Assembly: GCA_001938485.1 (NCBI GenBank)
Contig: MQRK01248175.1
Coordinates: forward strand, 1 to 57,376
DNA length: 57,376 bases
Source of the DNA: Girardia tigrina
Taxonomy: Eukaryota
Direction: 5' to 3'
Shown: positions 22,136 to 34,030 of the stretch, one piece after another
How the letters are laid out: each line of letters starts with the position of its first letter
How positions within the stretch are numbered: the stretch's first letter is position 1
Notes under the pieces: model-generated
What the model was told of the DNA's origin: nothing
Databases searched by the model: none
Seen by the model: only the letters and a program-made list of their open reading frames with translations
Made by a program: the position numbers and the translations under genes

Positions 22136-25100
22136 ACGTTTTTCCTCACTTCGTGATCTGAACGAAACCGAACTGATTCTGACGGTGCATGCCGCACGTG
22201 GATGACGTGATACATCCTCCCGTCTACTTCAACTTGATGTACTAATTGCGTCCTCGTGACTGTTCCGCGCTTCCACCACGACATGCAGCTGACTGCTGGC
22301 GCCGGTTTTACGAACACCACGTCCCCGACTGCCAGCTTTGTTGGTGGTGGATAATGCTGCGATCCCGGCTGTGCTTGATTGAAAGCTTTTGACAATGGTA
22401 ATCTTCTCTTTTGCGCAAAAACCGTCGACGCCGGAATTACTCCCTTTGCATTTGAGGTCGCGTTGTACCACGCAACCATCTCTTGGGCGGCTCTGTCGCT
22501 TCGAGCGACCATTCTCTTGATCTTTCGGTGGTTGCGTTCCACAATGCCATTGCCACTTGGTCAGTTTACGCATCGAAATCGGACCTCGATTCCGACCTAA
22601 GCAAAGAGCCCTGCCACACCCGATTCCCTGCAGGTGCTATAATTATCCAAAAAAAATTCATCTGGTGAGCCAAACCCGTTCCACCCGCTGTTCATAGCTG
22701 CACATATGTCCGGTTCGCTCTCCGATGCGATTTGGCGCCATATTGCAAACCAACGAAGGTCGCAATAGACCATTGTGAGGAATTTTTTGTTCCGACATGT
22801 GAAACGTCTACCGCGAAACGCTGCCATGTTCTCTTCACTCCCAGTTCTCCCTCATTCCAACGCACTGGCGACAGGTCGATTGAAGCACGTGGCTGGGAAT
22901 CCTTTATGACCGCATCGATCTGCTGTTCCGAGACCTTCTTGGGTCCCCAAATCTGCCTGGCTAGGATAGTGGTTCGTCGAACACCGAAGTGATTAATTTC
23001 ATGGAGCTTTTTAAGAACACCGACCGATTACTGCGACTCATCTGAAGAAACTGTTTCTGCTGCGGCTATTCTTTTTGCCATTGACCACCAATTGGCTAGG
23101 AAGCGAGTCAATACGTTCACTTTATTTTTCCTCGAGCGAACGAGTGTGACCGACACGCTCATCCGTTCCTCATCAACCACTTACTTGAACAGGTTGACTC
23201 TCCTCCTGATCAGCACCTCACTGAAAGCCTGAATTTTTATCGGCTCCGACGGGGATAGAGCAGCGTTGAGCCACTTATAGACTGTTACTGAATCTGTTAA
23301 AAGCTCAAATTCGCACATACCTCATTTTGCTACTTCCTTGAGCACCCGATTTGCTGCCTCAAGCTCTGCGAGATTGATGTGGTTGCTATCTTCTTTTGGG
23401 TGAAGCCAGCAGGTATCCTCGATCACCGACCCGTTTATTTCGACTCTAATGCAGACCGTGATTGAACTGGCGTCATACCATATTCGCTACCTTCCGACTG
23501 GCGGCACCTCCCAAACACCACGGATTGGATCATCTGATTTAACCCGTTCATATAGATGCTATAAAATCTCGGACACGTGTGGTTCCACCGGGGCGTCCCA
23601 GTCAGTATCGCTGGCGAGCCATTTAACGACACTGCATACCGGTCACAACCATTCGCACACCGGATAGTGGCCCACCAATCTTTTGGTCAACGCAAAAAGA
23701 CTACGCTGTATAAGGCCTTCCGGCAGTCTTGGGATACTCTCGTCCCGCTGCCACTGCAAATGTCCGTCAGCTCCCTTTTTAACTGCCAGCCCCAAGACAC
23801 GACCACTGTCAATGGCTATTGTGGGTTTTGCTTCCAGCCGATATTTCTTCAGCACAGATAAGAGGTGCTCTACCGAGACGTTCGCGGTGTTTATCACGAT
23901 GTCATCGTAGGTTGCATCGGTGTTGGCTTGCACCAATGGGCCGGATTCCAATACATGCATCAGGACCTTCTGCATGATTTTTGGTGCAATACTTAACCCG
24001 AATCCGAGTCGAGCTGAGTACCACGATCGGCCCTCATGATGTAATACTTGGTATGCCCACAATGATTGATCCACCTTGATCTCTGAGATAGGCACGCAGT
24101 AAGTTCACTATCGCTATTTTGCGTCCAATGCGGCGCCAATTCCGTAGTTTCTCTGCGAATACTACACTCCACGCGGTTTGGCTGGAGATTGAATAATTCC
24201 AGTTCCGGTAGTCAAGGACCGGTCGGACCTTCTCCTTCGCCTGTTGCATGACCGCCATTAGGGGCAGTGACGGTCGTCGTGGACTCTGGCATTCCACTAA
24301 CCACCCATTTGATTTCCACTCTTTTAATTCTGAATTTACTTCGGCTTGATGCTCTCTGACCGATGAATATTCTACCACGCTGTTGTGCACTGGAGGGGCT
24401 CGCCCTTCCTTCCAGTGCCACCGCACCATCCAGAATTCACCGTCAAAATCTGTGGTAAAATCTGTCTCCGAAATCTGAATTGCTGCCTACTGTCTGACGG
24501 CCCTCTCCCGATTTGAATCAACCGTCATCGCTCCGACGTGTGACGACAGTACTGCTACCGTCGGATTCTACCGGTCGATCTCTCCCAAGCCTGGATTCTG
24601 ATTGGAACCGGTTGATCCACCCGGATTGAACGTTGGTTCCGCTTTGCTTTTCCCGACGGAAACACCTCCCAACATGGAAATCATGCCTATTCCCAGCAAC
24701 ATATCCGCGCCTATTACACTCAGGTTACGGACAAGCAGGACCCAACACCGCATCTGGTACCCGAACACGCTGACATCCACCTAGGCCCCGAATTTAATCA
24801 CTATCAGATACTGGTTCCGCGTGATTCTCCGGAACCAACCACTGGTTGATCATAGACATCGAACACCCGGTATCCACCAGTGCTCTCACGGCTTTCACCT
24901 CAACTCGGACTTCGACTGTGGGTAGATGCGCAACATAAACCGCAGACCCCTCACCCACGCAACGATGAGGGCCTGCTAGTCTTTTCCCGGACGCTGCTGG
25001 CGGCGTGGGCATTCAACACAAAAGTGGTCTGCTAAATCACAGATGAAGCAATACCTCTGCTTGCCATTGATGGTGGATTGAACCAATTGTTCGTTCTCCT

Positions 25101-25750
25101 TTCGGCTCCGCTGCCCGCAGCCCCACCGGTTGTAGTTCGAGTGATGCGCTCGATATCCGCGATTTTTGCATTTTGTCGCCGCCGCCGTCACGTTTGCCGG
25201 TCAACTGTTCCCATGTCCATTATCATCGGAAGCCAAAGATGACGCCATCGTAGTCGCGTCCCTTATCCCTTAGTTCCTCAAACGGAAATTCTTTCCTTAC
25301 CGCTTCTGTCGATATATGCTTTGCAATCTCGTCCGGTAGACCGCACATAAAGGTGTGTCTCAGAAAAACTTCCTGGGGCGCTTGCCCCTGACAAACCGTT
25401 GTCGCGAGATGTCGCAGATCAGATGCGAATTCTTCAACTGCTTGGTCAGGTCGAAGATATCTCGAACGGAATTCTGCATACGCCTCTCTCGAGTCAGGAC
25501 TGTAGGCTCTCAGTAGCACTTCCTTGACCGCCTCGTAGCAGCCCTGCTTTCCGCTCGGTAACCCGGAAAACAGCTCAAACGCTCGTTCCTCGAGCAGCAT
25601 TGGCAGAGCAACCACATTTTCAATGTCGCAAACGGCTGCCGTCGTCTCGAATTTGCGACACCATTCTGCAAAATTTCCAGATCCATCGAATAACCGGACT
25701 GCATCCGTGAATTTTATTCGATTCATAAGCCGCGATAGCCTGACGAAGAC
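22135..25750 (-). mobile_element. GC-rich LTR retrotransposon body (gag-PR-RT-RH-IN), degraded; no paired LTRs recognised
   Basis: Gag 25223-25726 and knuckle CFICDLADHFCVEC; PR ALVDTGCS; RT VRPVLDYR, RLGFGLSIAP, TYDDI; RNase H WYDASS, HINLAELEA, LTDS; integrase FLTMV..RWFAIW, PDEFFLDN, ERNHRKIKRM. Confidence 0.9.
24918..24988 (-). promoter_or_regulatory. Programmed -1 ribosomal frameshift signal (gag/pro)
   Basis: In-frame G_GGA_AAA (plus 24982-24988), 5-nt spacer, ~11-bp stem GCAGGCCCUCA/UGAGGGGUCUGC, loop GUGGG pairing with a downstream CCCAC. The -1 frame is the protease ORF 24794-25012. Confidence 0.75.
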
Positions 25751-27450
25751 CTGAACAAAAATATATTTTAAATAATTCTGTCATTACACCAACTATTAAT
25801 TTAAACAAACGGATTTATTAATAATTTAATAAATCCATATAAAATCACATCACAATAGGTAATCATCAAAATAAGTTCAATAATTTTATAAAAGAAGCTT
25901 TAATCAAATAATATTTTCAAAATATTAAATTTGCGTTCACATGACTCAATAATATATGTGTATTATTTTTGTGATTCAAATTAATCAAATTCATTAAAAT
26001 AATTTTTAGTATTTTTACCAGATATTTTTGTTTTTTTTGCTGTTAGTTTTTTTGTTGTACTAGTGGAAAATTTAATAAATTTTTAATAATACAATAAAAA
26101 AAGCGGCATTTAAACAAAGATTTTTGACACTTTTTCAAATATAACATATTTTTCCCTAAAAAAATATTATTTGTTTTAATAATTGAAAAATAACCAATGC
26201 CTATCTGAAAAGGAAACGGGAAATACGATCAATCAATAATAATTAGATTGATGCACAAAACACATTGCATGAATAGTTATATGATTATAATAATTTTAAT
26301 TTTCATTTGTTTTGTTTAAAACAACAAAGTTAATTTAATATTAATTTGATTTTTCATTTGATAAAACGTTTTATCATAATTAGAAAAAAAATAATTTTTT
26401 AAATAGTATTAAAAATTATTTTAACTAACAATTCGTTATGTAATATAAATTCACATTTAAATAATATATATGAGTAATAAATATTTTTATAATAAATTGA
26501 AAAATACAATAAATGAAATGTCCTCTCTTTTGAGTACTCCGACCCTCGTAACGGTCTATGGTGGGATCTTTCAATTTCCCCAATTCAAATTATTGACGCT
26601 TTTACGTCGCCAATTACAGCCTTTCTTCGGTAGCAAAATTACCACTTTCGGCTATCTGTTTGATGACGCTAAGCGTCACTTGAAGCAGAGCAAACAATTT
26701 GGGAAACTCTGGGTAACTGCCGTCGCATTGTTAACGAATTTTTCATTTGTTGTCGCCTTTACTGCCACAGCTAGCATCTGAACGACATAAATTGTCATTG
26801 CTAGCTTTACCTCCAGTTTTAAACACTTATTTAGCTCCTTTAAAAAAGAAATTTTCGCAATATTCATAAAGATATGGCACTCGCCTGAACTACACGACCT
26901 GGCAATAACACATTCCCCAAGATTCAGTGCATGATTTTTGTCTAATAATTATACTGAATTCGAACACGGTTTCATTGTCCTGAAGCAGCTGCACTTGGCA
27001 GGACTACAACAAGCAACAGATATTCTTGATACTATTCATTATTTCAAGTTTCTCCCCTTGCGGAAATGTAAAAATGTAGTTACATTTTACTCAACTGCCT
27101 AACAACTGCCTAACATTTCTTTTGCTTTTTGAGCCACTGCAATTAGAGAAATCGTTGATTGTCCCGAGTTCTCATATCCACCTGCTTTTTACTCCAGATA
27201 TAACTTAATGTTAATTTCTTCTTCGAGTAATGATGTCGATTGTCAATTTGACTCATAATTGTATTATTGAAAACATTGCTGACCAAGACCTCCCGTTGAA
27301 TTGTAATCCAAAAAAGAGGCCGGTACGTCTAATTCTTTCTCCATTTATACCAATTTTTACTGTTTTATCTAAGAAAACTAGACCCATTGGGGCTCTTCTT
27401 GGAAATTTTCATTCTAAATAAATTTTCCACATTCAAAAAACTGCAGTTAA

Positions 27451-27656
27451 CACATTGAATGCTGAGTACGAGATATCTCGTACTTAGACGCTAAGTACGA
27501 GATATCTCGTACTTTGGCTTACATTACTAAGACGCTAAGTACGAGATATCTGCTGCGCGCATGAGATATGCCTGCCGCGCGGCAGTAAACTTTTTTGTCC
27601 CACGCGTAGCGCGCGTAGCAGACGTTCGGTGCATGATGTCAACAGCAGTCAATGTG
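27451..27656. mobile_element. piggyBac-type MITE (206 bp)
   Basis: TTAA on both sides; 14-bp TIR cacattgaatgctg / cagcagtcaatgtg (1 mismatch); internal repeated palindrome AGTACGAGATATCTCGTACT. Confidence 0.8.
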
Positions 27657-28584
27657 TTAATAACATAAATGTCAAATAGCATTGTGAATAATGTTTGATG
27701 TTTTGAGTTTGAATGTTGCCTGTTAATTTTGGATTGTATGTCTCTTATTCATATTACTGATTAATATTTTAATTTTTCTAATCTGAAACTAATTTGATTT
27801 AAATTTACATATATTTAAATTTATTTAATTTAATATTAATATAAAATGTTATTGTGAGGAATGTTCTGAATTGTTTGTTGATTTATATTTTGCATGTTGT
27901 GATTGGTATTTTCTTTGATTTCTACTAATTTGAAAATGATTTAATTTTAAAGTAAAAATATTTAAAATATATTTCAAATATAATTTTTCAATTTTTAAAT
28001 ATAATATGTAATTGTTTTAATGTAATTTAAAATCTCAATTTAATTGGAAAAAAATATATAGATTTAATTATAACCAAAAAGAGTTTTGATAATTAATTAA
28101 TATTATAATAATTTTCCAAATCGTTTTCAAAAGAGCTAGAATGACAGAAATATATTAATCAAGAAAAAATGTCGAATAGTGAAAGTAGTTTGAATAATTG
28201 TTGTAATGAAAATTCTGCTTGTGATAATAATAAATGTTCGAGAAATCATATTGATGTTAATAGTTATATCATTTGAAAAATTTAAATGTTCTTTTAAAAC
28301 AAATAAAGCAAATTAATACTTTAAAATAGTTAATGTTTGTTTTAAAGTTAAGCAATGAAATTTATTGTAAATATTTTTAAAGATTTTTCCGGTTCCATTT
28401 AGTTTAGATAATCGGATAAAGATCAGTATTCAATATTATACAAAGTTACGAAAATTTTGATTATATTCCTACTGATGACAAATCAAATTGTGATAATAAT
28501 AAGTGTCGAAAATATATATAATATTTGTCTCTGTACGCCAATGCTACTTACGCAGTTATCCGTCCAGTCGGGGGAGGCTTTTAT

Positions 28585-29293
28585 ATAATATTTTTCTAAA
28601 AAGTGTGTTGGTTTGTTTGTTAGTCGGTCACACTTTTCAATGTGAAATTGCGGACGAACCAGACTGAATCCATTTAAGATCGTGGTCAATGTAGATATCC
28701 CACATCAATACAATTCTGTTGGTGTAGTGCCTTTGCCGAAAGACGCCCGGAAGCTGATGAAATCGATCAAAAACCGTACAAGTCGTTAAATGGTAAATTA
28801 ACACCAATTTCGAATAATGACGATTTGGATGATTCCTAGACGGATTTTCGTGAAAATTTTATGAAAATATCAATAAAATACTAATTTATTTGATGAATGA
28901 CAATTTCTATCACTTATTTACTAATTATATTTCCAAAAATCAACCTAGGTTAAATTTGCAAAATTTCGTTATCATATGATTCACGGTTTGTCGGTCAAGA
29001 TCAAATTTTACTATGATCATATATATGCTGATAAAATGAGAAATATTGGAGGAAAAGTGAGTGAATCCACTTAAAGTTGAGATAGCTCTGCATAGTCCAC
29101 ATCGAGACGGTTCTGTCTGTATAGCGCCTTTGTCGATAGACCCTGGGAGCCGATTTATTTGACTGACTTTAATTAACACAGGATTCAAAACAATTAATAA
29201 TAAAGTATAATAATTACGATTTAAAAATTAAAACAGAAACTTTCAAAGTCGAAAATTTAGCTCACCCGTCATGTATGACGGGTATTTTTCTAG
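28585..29293 (+). mobile_element. Non-autonomous Helitron
   Basis: 3' GC hairpin ACCCGTCA-tgta-TGACGGGT (29264-29283) followed by CTAG|T; 5' (GTTT)n-gtcggtcac head. 5' edge approximate. Confidence 0.75.
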
Positions 29294-30561
29294 TTATATT
29301 AATGTTTCTAATAATCATATTACAATTTACACGTTAATGGGTGGTGATATGTAAGTGTGATGCCCTCGCGTCTTACCGTTAGTAACCGATAACCAGTATG
29401 AGTAATCACTTTGCACCAACTCTCAGTGGCCGGGTGTACGACATGTTAACCGCACTTTCATAAACAAATTTTAGTCAATAGCACATTTATCTTCGTATGT
29501 ATAACTATGTAAATACTTATATGCAAACTGACGTATGGTCACTATAGTGAAAAATAATTATTTGATTCTGTAAAAAAATATAAATTTTATTATTCGCATT
29601 GTAAATTGTTTTTTATTTACTATCGATAAACTATTTACTTATATTATTTACTATAATTTTAATTTAATAATACAGTTGAATGAATTTAATTAAACTCAAA
29701 AATTATATAAAATTATATAATTCATAACTATCATAAATAAAAGTTATTAAATTTTTAACCCCTTTTATTAATTATAATGTCAATTATAATTATTATAAAA
29801 ATTCCGCTTGAAAAATATTTTATTATGAAATTAAAAGTTAAATTTATCGTAAAATTTCCCCAACAAATTATGATGCTCCAATGGGTTTTTTAAATATAAC
29901 AATATAAATGACAAAATTTTGTTTTTATTAACTTAAATGGAAGAATATTTTTTGAATATTATTTCCGAAAAACAAATCTACCCAAAAAATTAAATTTTTA
30001 GTTTTCATCAAAAATTTTAATATTTTATTTTTATTATTTTGTGTAAAATGAGACCCCCTTATTTAACTATTTAAATTTACAAAATTTTCGATTTAATTTC
30101 CAAATTTACAAAAAAATCTTTATGAATATCCTTGAAAAGAAGAGATTTATTTTATTGGAATAAAAACAAGAAACTCTCCCTAAAATTAGTTATTAATGAC
30201 AAGATTTCCCTTTCCTTGCTCTGTCATTCAACCGAATGATGACGGGCTCAAATAATAGGAACGGGTTTTTAACACGATTTCTATGATTTGGTCATCCTTG
30301 AGAACAATATATATACTTATTATAAACATTTTACCCTACTACAATCTCTATTAATCCTTGTCTTCTTTCGTACTTCTCACAATAAGATTGTCATGCATTA
30401 TTAATTCTTATTCGTTTAGGACATGCCAATAATGTTGTTGTAAATGTTTTACAATTTTTACTTTTATTGTTTTGGTAAAACAGTTTTTCTTATGCTGCAA
30501 AGTACTGTTATTTCCTGTTTAGCAACATATATATAATAAATATTAATAAATATAACTCATA

Positions 30562-30885
30562 CTAGAAAAGAATCCGTCATACATGACGGGTGAGCTGAAT
30601 TTTCGTCTTTGAAATTTTCTATTTTAATTTTTAAATCGTAATTATTATAATTTATTACTTATTATTTCGAATTAAGTGTTGATTTATTTTTAATTAATTA
30701 AGTCGGCTCCCGGCGTCTTTCGGTGAAAGCGCTGCACCGATAGAACCACCTTGATGGGAGCTATCCAGATTGACCACGTCCTTACATGGATTTACTTCCG
30801 TTCCTCGGCCATTTTGTAGTTTTATCATTGGGTGACCGACAAACCAAACAAACATACAAATTAACATTTTAGACATATATAATAT
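30562..30885 (-). mobile_element. Non-autonomous Helitron, same family, shorter copy
   Basis: Inverted copy of the hairpin, CTAG end and about 150 bp of 3' sequence; same (GTTT)n-gtcggtcac head. Confidence 0.75.
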
Positions 30886-32009
30886 GTATTATAAACAATT
30901 CTTATCTTTCAAAAGGCTCTTTATTACAATAAGAAAGCCAGAAATTAATGAATCCAAAACTTATACTTTGAAAAGAAAAACAAAACAACTATTTTGCGCT
31001 TAATTATTTTTTACTTCACCAGAACGGCAACCCAGCTTCAGACAGGTTTGTATTAATTATAAATAATTATCATTCAGTTATTTGTATTTAATATCAGTAG
31101 GATCAAGTCTTCTACAAAAGGGAAGTTAAATGCCAACCCACCATTTATAATTGTTTCCATTATCACGGATAAAAATTTTATAAAAGAGATAAATATATGA
31201 ACAAAAATATAGTCAAAAACGGGAGAATTATTTTTTGTACTTTTTCAAACTAAATGAAAATCAAAACATTCTTATGAACATGTCCTACTTGGGTATAAAA
31301 TTTCACATTGATACCTTATCTGGAAGAGGCTTTAAAGGTGAAGTCAAATAATAGACAAAATCAATTAACTGTTCTCTATTGATCTGAGAACAGAAATTAA
31401 TTTAAATATTTTATTAATTAAATACGTGGAGTCAATAAATTTAACTTATATAAATTATTAATATGTAATAATTTAATTGTCGAAATGATTTCCTTTTGAA
31501 TCTTTCACAAAACAGTAATAAAATCAAAGAACTAATACGTTGTGCGATCCACAAGTCCTTAGACTCGACAAGAAAGCAAATACAACCATTTGAGAGCTGA
31601 TATGGCCTTTTTTAATCAAAAAATTTCAATAACTTTTTCATTTCTATTTACAGTTTAATTAGTTGTTTGATCATTTTATAAGTTTTTTTTTCAAGAATGA
31701 ATATGTCGTTTTAAGTGGTAAGCGGAAAGTTAAATTCTCATTTGCGTCTCAAAAAACATATTTCGTTATATTCTTTTGTTTTCAAAATTATGCAAAAGTA
31801 ATTTTTCAACAGTTCGAAAATACTGCAATTTGTTAGTCGAACTGAAAACTCAGTTTTTTCCGGTGTACATGTTTTTAGAAAAAAAGTTAACGTCGACTTG
31901 CCTTGTGTATGAAAAAAGTTAATGGAAAATTTGATTGCATCTGGTCATATCGTCTTCAATACATGTTAGACAGATTTTCACAAATCAGTTTGAATTGCGA
32001 ATGATTTGT

Positions 32010-32369
32010 TCGACATGGATTCGAGAAACAATGGAATTCTTTCATCATCGTGAAGTGACAATCATCAAACAAAGCCCATATAGCCCTGACATGAATCAGT
32101 GTGATCGATGGGTGTTCAAGCACCTGAAACATTCATTTCGAGGGCAGAAATTCGTAGACGGTGATGAGGTGAAAGGAAGAGCGGTGCAGGTGCTCCGCGG
32201 TCTCCCTGAAGAGAAATTTCGTCAAGAATTGTTATCAATGTATGAACATTGCAAACTAGTTGTAATTAATCATGGAAATTATGTAGTTTAAATATAATAT
32301 AGAATTGTTTGGAATTTTTCATAGAAGTTTTTTTAAACAATTCCGGGAACTTATTAGACAGCCCATATA
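32010..32369 (+). mobile_element. mariner transposase C-terminal fragment with right TIR
   Basis: SPYSPDMNQCDRWVFKHLK...HGNYV*; TIR-like ccgggaacttattagacagcccata-TA. Confidence 0.75.
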
Positions 32370-32371
32370 CA

Positions 32372-34030
32372 ATCCCGGGATCCCGAAAAAGGTTTTCCTC
32401 TAATCCTAGTATCCCAATTCTTTAATTTTTTGATTGATTTTTAGAAAATTATAAAACGAACGTGATATATTTATTTTCAAATAATGATAAACTTTGTTCT
32501 ACAAATTATATATTTAATACAACTTAAACAATCTAATATAGTAATCCACATGTTGAAAACAAAATCTCAATAAGGTGAGTTTACTAAGAGTATCATCACA
32601 AAGTCTGGAGCGAAGCCTTGTCATAAAAAGACCACTGGTAGAGAAAACTCGCTCTGCTTCATTTGTTGTAGGTGGAATGGTCATTAATGCTTATATAGAG
32701 ATTCCAGTATTTACCCACACTGACCAGTTTATTGATAAAAAGCAATTTCTCTTTGGATAGCGACTTTCACATTGTCATCAGCTGGAGAATTCGATAATTA
32801 ATGACAGTTTTTCAGCACATCCGTCAGCCTTTCAGCGATAGTGATTTCCTATGCAGGTTCTTTATCTACAAGGTTCATTTCAACTGTCCAAGGCACCAGG
32901 TGAAGTTTCTCGGCCAATGTGGTCAGAGTGTCCATGATGGGTGTGAGATCAGGATTGTTTTAATTTTTAATTCCTGTCGAGACAAGACATTTATCGTTGA
33001 CATCAGGACGCTTTCTTGCACTGAGATTCTTTTTTGAAATGCATTAACTATGGTAATCGCCATGTAATTCTTCTGCTTTTACAGCTTCTCAATAACAAAG
33101 CTCACACAAGTAATTACCATAGCAAGATTACATTCATAGCTGCACAGCGTTTTCAAAATGAGTACAACTGGATAAAGAGCTGAGCTAATTTCTTCAAGGG
33201 ACTGTATCTCTTCATCTCTAAATGTAATATTCACTTCGAGTTAAACTAATAATTTCTGAATAGCTTCACGTATGAATAAGAAGCGGTGCAGCATGGCATA
33301 CACGGAATTCCATCGCGTTTTAACGTCAATCACAACACATAACTCTTTTCTCTGTTCCTGTCGAACAAATTTTTGGAGGTTGTCATTCTTCACGGGACTT
33401 TGGTGAAAGACTTTTACTACCTTTCTTACTTTTGCAATGTCATTTTCAAATTTTTTCTATTTTGTAACTTTTTCTATTTTTCTTCGATGTGTCCCAATAC
33501 AGCTGTGCCTCTTGTAATTCATTCTCAAACTCGCTGTAACTATTATCATCTGACTCGTAGATGTTTTTTATGTATGTAACCATGGAATTCAGAAACGTAT
33601 TTTTGAAGTCTGTTTACTCAATCAATTTTTTCCAAACTTCGCACACTTACTAATTTTTTGATGAAAGTAATAAATCAAAAAACAATTTTGCAAAAAACGT
33701 TTTATCCCGTAGATTTCTATCGGCAAAAAGCATGGATATAAAAACTTTTTGATTTACTACAACATTTTACTACACTATTTACAAGAATAACAATTGTATT
33801 TTATTTTCTTAAATTGTATTTCAAATAATATCATTCATACTCAAAGCAGCTTCGAAGAATGAAGATGAGTGCTGTGCGACTACATTAACAAAGAGTCACA
33901 ATAAAATTTTCATGCACACAAGTAAGAAAGTGATTACAATTACTTAAAGAAAATCATCTCTGAATCACGGGATCCAGACAGTGCAATTCCGAAAAAATAT
34001 CCGGGATTCCGGGATGGAATTCCGTAGCCT
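32372..34030 (-). mobile_element. hAT-superfamily transposon, internally deleted
   Basis: Minus strand 33450-32555: IDVKTRWNSVYAMLHRF and the dimerisation motif IPPTTNEAERVFSTSG. CGGGAT/ATCCCG subterminal repeats at both ends. Confidence 0.85.

Noticed and set aside
27466-27550. Repeated palindromes resembling a CRISPR array
   Set aside because: Only 2.5 units, spacers short and related, no cas genes, eukaryotic context, and inside a TTAA-flanked MITE.
28470-28520. CTGATGA...GAAA possible hammerhead
   Set aside because: No convincing stem I, stem II is out of register, and it is not at a PLE 3' end.
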